DNA from: a virus
Lineage: Duplodnaviria > Heunggongvirae > Uroviricota > Caudoviricetes
Virus record (IMG/VR): IMGVR_UViG_3300037418_003103
Direction: 5' to 3' (one strand)
DNA: 64,000 nucleotides
A program made the translations under genes and the position numbers. The notes under the pieces were generated by a model. The model made no database searches and had not been told where the DNA came from. It saw only the letters and a list, made by a program, of their open reading frames with translations. Positions 9,155 to 18,854 of the stretch are shown one piece after another; within the stretch, counting starts at the first letter, position 1, and each line of letters starts with the position of its first letter.

Positions 9155-9736
9155 ATGAAAATTTGGGACCTGGTTAAAGAAGATTTTGAGCCAACAAACA
9201 TGAAAGAAGATTGGAAAAAGAACGTAATTGCTGGGGCCATGGCAGCTTCAAGTATGCTTGGAGGTAAGGCTCAGAGTTTTAAACAACCAGAACCAACATC
9301 AATTAGTACCATACAATCTAAAGGACTTGATACCAATACGCTATCAGAATGGAATAACTATATTTATTGGTTAAAAAGTAAGGGTCTTTCTGGAAGCAAA
9401 AAAATGAATCATGTTGCTTTTAGCAAACAAACACTTGCTGAGTATAATAAAGAGCATCCAGAATCCAATTTAACATATAGTTTAGTCAGTCCAATTCAAG
9501 CACAAATAAAAAAATATAGGCAATCAGTAATTAATTATGCTAAAAACGGTAATCCAATAAAATTTACCTCCTCAATTAAGCCTGATTTTTCTAATTTCAT
9601 GTCGTGGGCTTTAGGAACAAGTGAAGATGGTATTAATGGTGAATACACATCCCAATTTATTTTTCCAAAAAAATATTTAACTGACTTAAATACTAACTAC
9701 ACAGCTGATTTAGGTTATGCTGTCGCACCTGAATAA
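9155..9736 (+). CDS. Hypothetical protein (possible virion-internal protein)
   Basis: 193-aa counter-oriented ORF preceded by GATATTTAT; N-terminal LVKE/MKE motifs, then a hydrophobic AGAMAASSMLGG stretch. Confidence 0.7.
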   Translation: MKIWDLVKEDFEPTNMKEDWKKNVIAGAMAASSMLGGKAQSFKQPEPTSISTIQSKGLDTNTLSEWNNYIYWLKSKGLSGSKKMNHVAFSKQTLAEYNKEHPESNLTYSLVSPIQAQIKKYRQSVINYAKNGNPIKFTSSIKPDFSNFMSWALGTSEDGINGEYTSQFIFPKKYLTDLNTNYTADLGYAVAPE

Positions 9737-10021
9737 TCAAGTATATTTAATTGAGTCGAATTCTTCATTCTCCTCGGCAGTGCATATTTCTGATGCATGC
9801 TCCTGGGTTAAAACATTAATTAAGGCCGAAAGCGCATTATCACTAAAAGTTCCAAGGTTTTTCATTAATGAATCAGGATCATCAGCATGCCGTTTCCAAG
9901 CAAGAGCTCCCACGTCAATAGATCTGTTGTAATCAAAGATAAAAAAACTTCTTTTTTCACAACTGCCATAGAATTCTCCACAATCACATTTGTATGTTAC
10001 TTTATATCTAGTACTACCCAT
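9737..10021 (-). CDS. Hypothetical protein
   Basis: 94-aa ORF, Cys-containing, in the operon. Confidence 0.55.
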   Translation of the reverse strand: MGSTRYKVTYKCDCGEFYGSCEKRSFFIFDYNRSIDVGALAWKRHADDPDSLMKNLGTFSDNALSALINVLTQEHASEICTAEENEEFDSIKYT

Positions 10022-10030
10022 AATTTTATT

Positions 10031-10789
10031 TTAAGCTGCTAAAGTATTATATTTATGCATATCAAGTAACTGAGTTGCCTCTTTTTTCAAATACATAATA
10101 GGTATCTTAGTAAAACTTTCTTTTTCTTTCTCCCAATAACCTATCCAAATATGCCTACACTTCTTACCAGTTTCAAGTTCATACATCTTAGCATAAACAC
10201 TCAACTGAATGGTGTATATTGACCACTGGCACGCCTGAAGATGGTCAAAAGGGCGAAGAAGCGTCTGATATCCAAATTCGTTATAAAAATTAAAGGCCCT
10301 ATTAGTTTTCCAATCGCCGATATCGAAGAAATCCTGGTTAATGTCAATAACCAAATCACTCATACCTGCCAATTTGTGTTCCTCAGAAAACATAATTCGT
10401 TCAGGTTGTAGTTTGATGCCTTCATCAACATTTAGATTATTATATCCATCTATTACCTTTTGTTCAAATTCATCTTTTGGAAAGTACCATTTGTTTGCTT
10501 TCAAGTATCGCTCTACTATGTCATGAACCTTTGTTCCATATTCATTGGCTGTATCATTCAAGTACTGCCAGTATTCAAGTATTTGAGCTTTGCTCATTCC
10601 TATATAACGCTCCTGCTTCACATCATCTCTCTGTCTAACAATAGCTTCGGCTACAGCCTCCTCATCAAATTCTGGTTCAATACTTCCTATTACTTTAGTT
10701 ACTGAGGTGTACTTCACGCCAGTCTTACGATGTATATACACGTGTTCTATAGGTTCAAGAACCACGTCAGATTCTCTTTCTTTACTCAT
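10031..10789 (-). CDS. PD-(D/E)xK exonuclease (Cas4/RecB-like, non-CRISPR)
   Basis: SVTKVI, GTKVH, PE..LAGMSDL, IGDWKT, QLSVYA motifs. Confidence 0.85.
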   Translation of the reverse strand: MSKERESDVVLEPIEHVYIHRKTGVKYTSVTKVIGSIEPEFDEEAVAEAIVRQRDDVKQERYIGMSKAQILEYWQYLNDTANEYGTKVHDIVERYLKANKWYFPKDEFEQKVIDGYNNLNVDEGIKLQPERIMFSEEHKLAGMSDLVIDINQDFFDIGDWKTNRAFNFYNEFGYQTLLRPFDHLQACQWSIYTIQLSVYAKMYELETGKKCRHIWIGYWEKEKESFTKIPIMYLKKEATQLLDMHKYNTLAA

Positions 10790-10967
10790 TTTCCTTTAAA
10801 AAATATTTAGTTACCAATATGCCTAAAACTAAGATTCCTATACAAATAAGTGCTTTATAAAAGGCAATAAAATTCCATTTGTCCCCAAAGACTAAATAAA
10901 CAAGTATCGTTATTGATACCGACCACAAAAGTAATTCTTCTAAAAAGCTCTCTATTACTTTAAACAT
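10782..10967 (-). CDS. Small two-TM membrane protein
   Basis: Two hydrophobic segments; overlaps the start of the exonuclease. Confidence 0.55.
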   Translation of the reverse strand: MFKVIESFLEELLLWSVSITILVYLVFGDKWNFIAFYKALICIGILVLGILVTKYFLKENE

Positions 10968-11005
10968 TTTTTAATAATATTACTACATTTATTATGTAAA
11001 AACAA

Positions 11006-11959
11006 CTATATTAAATATAATTCAGCGTCAGTTGGTTTTCTGGATGTTTTAAGTAGATTAACTATTCCATTGTGGCCAAAATGCTGAAAGACTAGACTTG
11101 GGTCCCATTCAGTGTTTGACGGGCATATTTTAATTTTATTGCGAAGCCTTCCTACATTTAATTTTTTATACAGTATAAGAATATCAGCCATTGCGTCTCC
11201 ATCCAGTAAGATAACCACATAGGATTGAGCCTTTTCCATAAGAGCTTCTAAAAGAACGTCTGAAATGTACTTTCCCAACAGTGGAATTGAGTTGGGTGTA
11301 ACAATGTGATCAGCTGGACCTTCAACCAGGTAAATGGTAGAGTCCCATCTTACTCTATATTCGTTAAATATAATTAGTTCTTTATCTGCTTCCACATTTA
11401 AATACTTCATCTTGGTATATTCATGTGAAAACCATCTTCCAGTAAAGTAATTTAGTAATCCATCAGTATTATAAGATGGAAAAATAATCCTATTAAAATA
11501 CTTGCCTGTCGGTGCATACCCTATTTTATAATAATCTATTTGTTCATCGGTGATTCCTCTCTTTCTAAGATAATTTATAGCAGCATCATACTTAAAATAA
11601 AACTTATTAGCGGCGGATAAAGCTATATATTCTGCAGGTAGTTCGACAACTGCCTGTCTTACAGAAACAGACTTAAATTCAGTAGGACAGAGAAGTTTAT
11701 AATCTCTAATGTCCTTCTCACTGGCGTATAATTTTAAAAGTTTAAACACATGACCAGACATATTATTAGTATCCTTACAAACCCAACATTTGAATACGCC
11801 CTTTTCATAATTTATTTCTAAATTACCAGATCCATCGCCATTAGGCTTGTTCTTATCAATAGCACATGCAGGACAATCAAATGATATTTGCCCTTTATCT
11901 TCATTGTGCTTTCTGATTTCTCCAAAAATATTTTCAAGAATAGTAACTAATAGACGCAT
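11006..11959 (-). CDS. DNA primase (Zn finger + Toprim)
   Basis: CPAC...FKCWVC zinc finger, YLRKRGI, RIIFP, FTGR, LVEGPAD, LLDGDA Toprim motifs. Confidence 0.88.
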   Translation of the reverse strand: MRLLVTILENIFGEIRKHNEDKGQISFDCPACAIDKNKPNGDGSGNLEINYEKGVFKCWVCKDTNNMSGHVFKLLKLYASEKDIRDYKLLCPTEFKSVSVRQAVVELPAEYIALSAANKFYFKYDAAINYLRKRGITDEQIDYYKIGYAPTGKYFNRIIFPSYNTDGLLNYFTGRWFSHEYTKMKYLNVEADKELIIFNEYRVRWDSTIYLVEGPADHIVTPNSIPLLGKYISDVLLEALMEKAQSYVVILLDGDAMADILILYKKLNVGRLRNKIKICPSNTEWDPSLVFQHFGHNGIVNLLKTSRKPTDAELYLI

Positions 11960-11965
11960 TAGTCA

Positions 11966-11996
11966 CAAAAATACAAAAAAAATAATTAATTTCAAA
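11966..11996 (-). promoter_or_regulatory. Bacteroidota sigmaA-type promoter for primase
   Basis: Minus strand TTTG-N19-TATTTTTG, 6 nt before the ATG; matches the -33 TTTG / -7 TAnnTTTG consensus. Confidence 0.7.
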
Positions 11997-12641
11997 CTAC
12001 TTCTTCCAACAATCTATTTTATTCATAAATCCGATACCTGCAACATAAGCATCACTCATATCAAATGATTTTTTATTTATTTTAAAAGTTTTATCATAAA
12101 TCCATTCAATTTGAGGTTCCAGTTCTGAAACTTTCTCCCATAAGATTAATTTTTTATCAATTTTGAAAGGATAACCACCAAAAAGGACTGGCGATCCATT
12201 AGCTATTTGTTTTTCAGTTAAGGCTGTTCCGTCTTTTTTAAATTTTCTAACTTCCATTAACTCAGGAAAAGCATATTTTCTCGCATCATAAGAAGAAATA
12301 AAATCAGGTACAATATTTAACTTGTCATAAACTAATTTAGAAATCATTCCGTTAAATCTAAGAAGAGTTGCTATTGTATAAACATTGTTTGATTGTAGAA
12401 GAGGTTCCTCTATTATTACTCGTTTTATACCAATATTTGTGTATTTAACTAAAAATTCTTCGTCAAAAATCTCAACTTTCTTAAATAGCTCCTCCATTTT
12501 GTTTTCCAATTTAGGCTTAACAACAGGGCTTACATGAACCAGAAGCTTTAACTTACCGCTAGTTCCCATATCTTCAAATAAGGCAATACCAATGGTACTA
12601 GTTGAAACGTCTAGAGCGAGAATATAATTATCTTTAGTCAT
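11997..12641 (-). CDS. RuvC-like Holliday junction resolvase
   Basis: ILALDVSTSTIGIA, VIIEEP and DMSDAYV RNase H-fold acidic residues. Confidence 0.8.
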   Translation of the reverse strand: MTKDNYILALDVSTSTIGIALFEDMGTSGKLKLLVHVSPVVKPKLENKMEELFKKVEIFDEEFLVKYTNIGIKRVIIEEPLLQSNNVYTIATLLRFNGMISKLVYDKLNIVPDFISSYDARKYAFPELMEVRKFKKDGTALTEKQIANGSPVLFGGYPFKIDKKLILWEKVSELEPQIEWIYDKTFKINKKSFDMSDAYVAGIGFMNKIDCWKK

Positions 12642-12685
12642 TTTTAATTAAAAAATACTATATCTATAAAAAAACTAAATAGTTT

Positions 12686-13888
12686 TTAAAAATTAATTGT
12701 AATATTTAAGGCCAAGTATTCATTTACATTCCTCTCTACCTGCCTGTCAGTTTTGGCAATTGCAATCATATCCATATCTGCATCGTATAATGCGACTTCA
12801 CTTATTCTTGGAATATCGGATGGCTTATATGTTGTATTAGTTGAACCCCCAAATTCGCCTCTTTTGGCCAAACAAGTAAAGCTTTGAGTTATAACTGTTG
12901 ATAGAGTTGTAGCGCTGACTGATGTCTGAGCGTCATGAATCCCTATAAAAAAATTGTTTGTTATTGTTGGATGAGTGATCACAATAAATCCCATATCTAA
13001 GTAAGCTACTCCAACACAAATATCCGCTACTTTTCCCTGGCTTTCATCACTTGTTAAGTTAAACAGCTCCTTATTATTAACAGAAAACGGTTTATGACTT
13101 CCAAAGCCTGTGGACCAACTCAAGGTAGAATCGTTATTAGGCTTCTGAATCTGATCAGAAAATAAAAAAGCAATATTATTTCCTATTTCGTTCGCACTAC
13201 TCATTGTTTCAGAATACTTTGCATCTTCAGTATATGCATCAGTACCTTTATTCATAAATGTGCTGTAAATGTTGAAAATGCCTGTAGAAGTGTTCAGGTG
13301 TAATTGAATAGATTTTCCATCAATCATTTCTCCACAACTTGCATCGTCAAAACCTATTACAATAATATTGTTAGATGCTATACCACTTAAAGCTGTATCT
13401 AAAAATCCGTTCGCATTAATCTTTATTGATGTGTATCTTTCAACTTCAGAAGAGGTTATAGGTAGTCCAAATGAATGAAATAAATTTACATTTTCATCCA
13501 GGTTTGTATTTAATTTATTTACTAATTTTTGACTTAATTTAGTGCTATCAAGAACCACACTATTGACTTGTTTTAATTCACTTATAATAGTCGAAGAGTT
13601 ATCTTCAACAGGCTTCACGAGTAAGCCTGAGCTCCCCAAAATTAAATTACTTCTCAATTTGACGTTAGGCGCAACGCTATTGCTTACGGTTGATTTAACT
13701 CCTAGAGCTCCTCCATTACTAGGAACATTACCTGTGCCTAAATCAAGGATCGTGTTGTAATTAGCATCAGAATCTCCAAGTCCAAAAGAAGTAACTAAAG
13801 AACTTGTATTTGCTATTAATTTAGCTCTTCCCACTGGGGTGAACTTTGCTGTAAGTGTGAGCGTTTCGCCGCTTGTTATAAATCCCAT
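12686..13888 (-). CDS. Virion structural protein (baseplate/tail collar-fibre-like)
   Basis: N-terminal AKFTPVGRAKL..FGLGDSD and C-terminal ISEVALYD..MIAIAK; paralogous ends to the next ORF. Confidence 0.6.
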   Translation of the reverse strand: MGFITSGETLTLTAKFTPVGRAKLIANTSSLVTSFGLGDSDANYNTILDLGTGNVPSNGGALGVKSTVSNSVAPNVKLRSNLILGSSGLLVKPVEDNSSTIISELKQVNSVVLDSTKLSQKLVNKLNTNLDENVNLFHSFGLPITSSEVERYTSIKINANGFLDTALSGIASNNIIVIGFDDASCGEMIDGKSIQLHLNTSTGIFNIYSTFMNKGTDAYTEDAKYSETMSSANEIGNNIAFLFSDQIQKPNNDSTLSWSTGFGSHKPFSVNNKELFNLTSDESQGKVADICVGVAYLDMGFIVITHPTITNNFFIGIHDAQTSVSATTLSTVITQSFTCLAKRGEFGGSTNTTYKPSDIPRISEVALYDADMDMIAIAKTDRQVERNVNEYLALNITINF

Positions 13889-13893
13889 TTTAT

Positions 13894-16029
13894 TTAAAAA
13901 TCTATTGAAGGCTCTATCATTATTACTGCACCACTCACTAATTCTATCGGTGCGTTAAGTTTTCCTATTATTACTAAATTCTTATCAGTGTCATATATGC
14001 CAACTTCTGATATGTATAAATTAGGAGCGTTTTGCATACTGCTGTTACGAGTTGGATTACTTGTTGTGTTATACTGAGAAGCACTTATTCTTAGATCAAA
14101 TATAGTCTTATAAATAGTAGCTCCAATATAAGTATCTATATTACCATAAAAGAACCTCTCATCTCCAAACTGTAAAACATCAACACCTGTTGTATTTGCT
14201 GCAAGTGAAAGTGACTGAGTTATATCAAAAATATTAGAGGTAGAGTCAATTTGTTTGGTAAGGATAAATCCAATAGCACTTGATACCTGAGTCTCCAATT
14301 TTATTGGGTCTATGGTTTGTCCAGCAAGTGTTGTAATCGCTGTACTTGTAAAATCAGAAACTTTCCAAGCGCCAGGATCTGGCCTTAAAGTATTATTATC
14401 AACTATTTGATAAATCAATTTAAAATTTTTAGCACTAAAGCCAGATCCATCATAGGTTCCTTTCTCGGTTTTCCTCATATAAGATAATAAATCAATATCA
14501 TTAATTTTAAAAGAAACGTCTTTAGTTGAGTTTGAGTTATTATCAATTTTTATGTATGTTTGACAAGGTAGAGTTGTTCCTACGCCGTCGCCAGTATTAT
14601 CTAGTAAGTAAGTTAAATACATTGTTTTATTAGACGGCAAAACTCCATTGGTTGAGCCGCTTGTCGGAGGTACCAGAGAAGCGCTTAATTCAGGAAGTGT
14701 CCAATTTCTATTTGACTTGTAGGATAAAGAAGCAACAATTTCGTCGTTATGAAATACGATTAATTTAAGTTGCGGATACACTCTTCCTACCACCTTTGGC
14801 GTGGCATCATTAATAAGCGTTTCATCCTCTAATAAATCAATATATTGTATATCACTATTCCCGATTAATTTTGTACTTCCGCTAGCAACGAAATTCATTC
14901 CCATGTTCACACCAGCTTCGGTATCAAAATTTCTTCTATGATACATTATTGTAGGAATGCTCACTGTAACCGTTTTGTTTTTAGTAGTATCTATATACAG
15001 GAATTCTCCATAAAAATTAGAAATAGTATTATTTGTATAGTGAATTATTGATAAAGATTTTGGAAAAGGATCAACATAACTATTACCATTGCTACCACAG
15101 TTAATAATCATATCATTTATTTCATCTTGATTTTCGTATTCTAAATAAGGACTTATGGTCCCCAAGTAATCATATGAGCCAAACTTCGTAAAATCTTCGT
15201 ATAATTTTGTTGTTGTTAAACCTGTAATTCCTGCTAAATTTTCAGACCAAACATTGTTCATGTTCCATATAGGAACATCATTACATGATACACTTGATGA
15301 AGAATCAAAAGAAAGTGTTCCCGTATCCCAATAAGCTACGGGTGTAGATAAGCCAAAAGCGTCGGCAATTTCACCACCTTGGTAAATGTACACTATAGAA
15401 TTATTAACAACATCATTTGTATATCTAGGTAAATTTCTATCTAACGTAACACTTGTAGAATTTGTTGACTGAATTTTAAACCACAAATAAGGTAACGGTA
15501 TTTCATTATTGGTTACATCTAAAGCCGTAGTATCAGATGCATCATTAAGCAACTTCAATAAAAGAAAATCTCCTGCATTTCTTTGAATTGTAGAGGATAG
15601 CGTAAGTATTTTTGTTCCATTTATGTTAGCATTTGATACGCTGCCCACGCTCTTAACATAAGGCGTGCCAGTAAGGCTTAAAAAATCCGTGGCTGTATTT
15701 GCTGAAAAAAAGCCACGAGTATCTGCCTTATTATTAACTGTTGCCTTGACTACATTTATGTTTGAAGATAGAATAGTATTAAGTGGTTGGCCATTGTTAC
15801 TCGTCAAGAAATATTTTATTGAGGGTTGCTGATCCAAAGGCCTTAATATTTTTGAATCCATGGGAACGCCATCGCTCAAACCAATTAATGCTTGCCTTTC
15901 GTAATTTACTTCTGAGTCGCCTAAACTCCAGTAAGCAAAGTCCAATTGGCCTTTGGAAATCTTTTCTCGTCCAATTTCAGTTAATTTAACTGAAACAAAT
16001 GCGGAGTTGGTTTTGATAATATAGCTCAA
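13894..16029 (-). CDS. Virion structural protein (baseplate/tail collar-fibre-like), TTG start
   Basis: VKLTEIGREKI..WSLGDSE at the N-terminus and ISEVGIYD..LVIIGK at the C-terminus. Confidence 0.6.
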   Translation of the reverse strand: MSYIIKTNSAFVSVKLTEIGREKISKGQLDFAYWSLGDSEVNYERQALIGLSDGVPMDSKILRPLDQQPSIKYFLTSNNGQPLNTILSSNINVVKATVNNKADTRGFFSANTATDFLSLTGTPYVKSVGSVSNANINGTKILTLSSTIQRNAGDFLLLKLLNDASDTTALDVTNNEIPLPYLWFKIQSTNSTSVTLDRNLPRYTNDVVNNSIVYIYQGGEIADAFGLSTPVAYWDTGTLSFDSSSSVSCNDVPIWNMNNVWSENLAGITGLTTTKLYEDFTKFGSYDYLGTISPYLEYENQDEINDMIINCGSNGNSYVDPFPKSLSIIHYTNNTISNFYGEFLYIDTTKNKTVTVSIPTIMYHRRNFDTEAGVNMGMNFVASGSTKLIGNSDIQYIDLLEDETLINDATPKVVGRVYPQLKLIVFHNDEIVASLSYKSNRNWTLPELSASLVPPTSGSTNGVLPSNKTMYLTYLLDNTGDGVGTTLPCQTYIKIDNNSNSTKDVSFKINDIDLLSYMRKTEKGTYDGSGFSAKNFKLIYQIVDNNTLRPDPGAWKVSDFTSTAITTLAGQTIDPIKLETQVSSAIGFILTKQIDSTSNIFDITQSLSLAANTTGVDVLQFGDERFFYGNIDTYIGATIYKTIFDLRISASQYNTTSNPTRNSSMQNAPNLYISEVGIYDTDKNLVIIGKLNAPIELVSGAVIMIEPSIDF

Positions 16030-16044
16030 GTTTATAAATTTTTA

Positions 16045-16190
16045 AGATAACGTGCATTCCTGCACAATTTTGTTATTTAATTTGTTTATTTCCTGCTTCG
16101 CAGTACCCCTTTTCTTCCTCTCAGAAGATGAACTAGGTACTCCACAGGCTTCACTTCCCTCGGACTTCGAGGTAGGGCTGTAATTAGCCA
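16045..16190 (-). ncRNA. Putative omegaRNA/reRNA scaffold in the tnpB 3' end
   Basis: Hairpins CCTCG-aagtc-CGAGG (16158-16172), AGTACC...GGTACT with inner TCTTC/GAAGA (16102-16141), CCTG/CAGG pairing with GAAGCAGGAA, and GTGCA-GGAA-TGCAC (16052-16065). TnpB omegaRNAs are known to overlap the tnpB 3' end. Boundaries are approximate. Confidence 0.5.
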
Positions 16191-16231
16191 GATTTATTGC
16201 TGCGTTCAAGTGTTGTTGTAAATTCATATTT

Positions 16232-16260
16232 ATTATATTAATAAATAGTTTAAAAGTCAA
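16232..16260 (-). promoter_or_regulatory. sigma70-type promoter with embedded TATTTAT motif
   Basis: TTGACT-N17-TATAAT immediately upstream of ATG 16227. Confidence 0.65.
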
Positions 16261-16266
16261 TAGTTG

Positions 16267-18591
16267 TTAATATGCATTTATTGAATTGGTTGTTATTTTA
16301 ACTGGAACCGATTCTGAGTATGAAATTGTACTTATTATATTATTAGTTACTGTCTTATAATTTTTTTGATTCTTTATTCTATAATAAAGTGTATTTCCTC
16401 CATTTCCAGTTATTTTTAAAATGCCATGGTACACAGATACGCCTATCTCATAAGAAACTACCGATGTATAAATAAAAGACTCAAAATTAATATCCTGGCT
16501 CAACTCAATAGTAAAATTTCCATTTACATCAGTGGGCGCAAAATCTACTCCCCAAGCAATTACATTATTAGTGTTGTTAATACCATTAATAACTTCTGCC
16601 GCTGGAAAATAAAAAATATTAATAACGTCTCCAATCATAAGTGAACCATTTAATATTATTCTTCTTGTATCAGAAATTGATTGATAGAAATCAATACCAC
16701 TTGTTAAAGTGACAGCATTTATTGTTACAATAATAGCATATCCTGCAACTGGTGTAAGGCTACAATAAATTTCATACATGCCAGTTGTTGTATTATAAAA
16801 ATAATTACTGCTACCCTGCGTTCCTGTTGATCCACTAGGGATTACCGATACTATATGAATAGAATCTGATTTGATGCCAACCTCACCATATTTATTGTAA
16901 ATTACACTAACTACATCATTAGATGTCACGTCGCCGCTTAACGATATTGTATTATCCGCATAAGTGTAATCCAAATTATTAGAAAGGATCACTCCATTTA
17001 ATGTTAACAAGAAATCACCCTGAAAGTCAAAATTTATTGGTAGAACACTGATTGGCGCTGCGCTATCAACAGGTATTACTTCTTGTACAAGAGATGAAGT
17101 TGAGGTGGGTGTAGAAGCAGTGGTGCCTCCTGAGTTAACATTACTACTTGCAATGAAAAAAGGTGTTTGTGCTTTATTTACTGCAATAAAATAATAATCA
17201 GTACTTGGATCATAAAGCTGATAAGTACCAGTTACCTTATAATCTGAGGTTTTTACGGTCTTTCCTAATCTATTTAGAAAGTCTGTACATGCATTGAATT
17301 CATAATAGCCTTTAATTACATATTCACCATCTAGACTCAATCCGCTTATTGGAATGTTATCGTACAAGACATTACTTGACTGAAAATCAGCATAAGATAT
17401 TGGAGCACTTTGAAACACAGGGGGTGTGACAAACACCCCTATATCTGAATTAAACTTATAAACGCCATAATTAAATGTGACAGGAGTACCAGTAAATGAG
17501 GTAGTATTTCCCGTAAAATTAAATGATACAGGTATCGTGCTTGATGGAGAGGCTATAAAAACGCCCGAAGGCATTTCTGCAGGAATTATCTGAGTAGTTG
17601 TTCCAGAGCATGTTGTGTATTCAAATCTTACGCACTTATATCCATCATCACAATTAGACAACAAATACGGGTCTGGACAACTATAACCAATAGTTGTTCC
17701 TATATCATAATAACCGCCTATCTTATCACGCGTAGAGAATATTACATTTGCTTGTGTTGAACCAGAATCTGTTGCACCTGTTAAAACTGCAAAACTACTA
17801 GGGTGATAAATCTCAGCGCCAAAAGCAGATACATCACCATCATTCATGCCTTCCATATGGATGATATTTGCGCCAGAATCAAGATAAATAGGAAACACGC
17901 TCCAAATATTAAAATTACACGTTAAATCAACTAAAGTACCTGTATTAAATACCTCAATGTTATTTAAACTGAATTTACAATAATTGTCAGCAGCTAATCC
18001 AACATAATATATACCTGGTTCGTCAATGTTGACGCACGAAGTAAACCCAACCCATTGTCCAGTATATGCGGCTATACCAACAGAATTTAACCGACCACTA
18101 CTTAAATCTCCATTTTGATACGCCCAGAATGAATTTGCACTTTGCGTAATAGCAGTTATAATTTGACCATTCTGGTCTTTAATTTTTCCATAATTAGCAC
18201 CTTGATCTACAAAACTTAGAGGTAAGGACGTATGTTCTAAATCTACCTGAGGGAAAAAATATGCTGCAAGACTATATCCGTCACTGGTATTACCTGCCGT
18301 AATTACACTTCCTTGCTGTCCATTATATATAGCAGTTGTTGTTGTTTTTTTAACGCATGTAACCCCATCAATATCAAGAGTATAATCTGACGGACAGGAG
18401 CAAGAACCCTCTATCTCTGTGGGAAAATCAGTAACATTTCCACTCAAACTGCCTATTTTAGTTGCACCACTAATATCAAAGGTTGGCGTATTAAAGACAC
18501 ATAGATCTGAACTCATACTAACATTAGGCATTGCCTTGTTTCTAGGCCCTGTGTATTTATTCTGTATATATATTCTTTCTTGATACCTCAT
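16267..18591 (-). CDS. Virion structural/fibre protein with one Cys-bounded beta module
   Basis: 774 aa; module at 17632-18396; C-terminal LTLNGVIL..LDY / VTINAVTL..GIDFY fibre-type repeats. Confidence 0.65.
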   Translation of the reverse strand: MRYQERIYIQNKYTGPRNKAMPNVSMSSDLCVFNTPTFDISGATKIGSLSGNVTDFPTEIEGSCSCPSDYTLDIDGVTCVKKTTTTAIYNGQQGSVITAGNTSDGYSLAAYFFPQVDLEHTSLPLSFVDQGANYGKIKDQNGQIITAITQSANSFWAYQNGDLSSGRLNSVGIAAYTGQWVGFTSCVNIDEPGIYYVGLAADNYCKFSLNNIEVFNTGTLVDLTCNFNIWSVFPIYLDSGANIIHMEGMNDGDVSAFGAEIYHPSSFAVLTGATDSGSTQANVIFSTRDKIGGYYDIGTTIGYSCPDPYLLSNCDDGYKCVRFEYTTCSGTTTQIIPAEMPSGVFIASPSSTIPVSFNFTGNTTSFTGTPVTFNYGVYKFNSDIGVFVTPPVFQSAPISYADFQSSNVLYDNIPISGLSLDGEYVIKGYYEFNACTDFLNRLGKTVKTSDYKVTGTYQLYDPSTDYYFIAVNKAQTPFFIASSNVNSGGTTASTPTSTSSLVQEVIPVDSAAPISVLPINFDFQGDFLLTLNGVILSNNLDYTYADNTISLSGDVTSNDVVSVIYNKYGEVGIKSDSIHIVSVIPSGSTGTQGSSNYFYNTTTGMYEIYCSLTPVAGYAIIVTINAVTLTSGIDFYQSISDTRRIILNGSLMIGDVINIFYFPAAEVINGINNTNNVIAWGVDFAPTDVNGNFTIELSQDINFESFIYTSVVSYEIGVSVYHGILKITGNGGNTLYYRIKNQKNYKTVTNNIISTISYSESVPVKITTNSINAY
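17632..18396 (-). repeat. Cys-bounded ~255-aa module, copy A
   Basis: CP..Y..C ... FFPQ ... SFW ... GRLN..GI ... W.GF..C.NI..PG.YYVG..ADN.C ... W.VFPI.L.SG.NII.M.G.N ... AEIY.P ... VIFST ... GYSCP..C..C; shared with copies B and C. Confidence 0.9.
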
Positions 18592-18830
18592 TAATATGAT
18601 ATTTCTATTGAGACAACTTTATAATTATTGTTTTTTATGCCCATTTCAGGTGATGCATCCAAATATTCAACGCTTTCAGCTCTAGTAAAATTCTGTAATA
18701 AACCAGTAAAAGAAGTAAAATTTATATAATCTTCTCCCTGGATATCAGATATAATAACAATGCTGCTAGCTAACTCAGCTCTGATATTATTAATTAATTT
18801 ACCTTCTATGTTTTTTAATATTTGTAGCAT
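18591..18830 (-). CDS. Hypothetical protein
   Basis: 79-aa ORF preceded by GATATTTAT; its stop overlaps the next start. Confidence 0.55.
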   Translation of the reverse strand: MLQILKNIEGKLINNIRAELASSIVIISDIQGEDYINFTSFTGLLQNFTRAESVEYLDASPEMGIKNNNYKVVSIEISY

Positions 18831-18854
18831 TATTAATAAATATCTATTTTAAAT

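Larger units (their letters stand above)
16042..16260 (-). mobile_element. tnpB: Internally deleted tnpB (IS200/IS605 or IS607 type) remnant: promoter + start + extreme C-terminus
   Basis: ATG 16227 gives MNLQQHLNAAINLANYSPTSKSEGSEACGVPSS...GTAKQE, matching the TnpB tail (D)LNAAINL....ACG....KQE. RuvC core and Zn ribbon are absent. Locally GC-rich and hairpin-rich. Confidence 0.75.

Noticed and set aside
10031-10789. CRISPR-Cas locus (Cas4-like gene)
   Set aside because: No repeat-spacer array or other cas genes; solo PD-(D/E)xK exonucleases are common in phage replication modules.
16042-16260. The 72-aa ORF as a functional protein starting at TTG 16260
   Set aside because: That TTG is the -35 box; the translated part is a TnpB tail with no catalytic domain.
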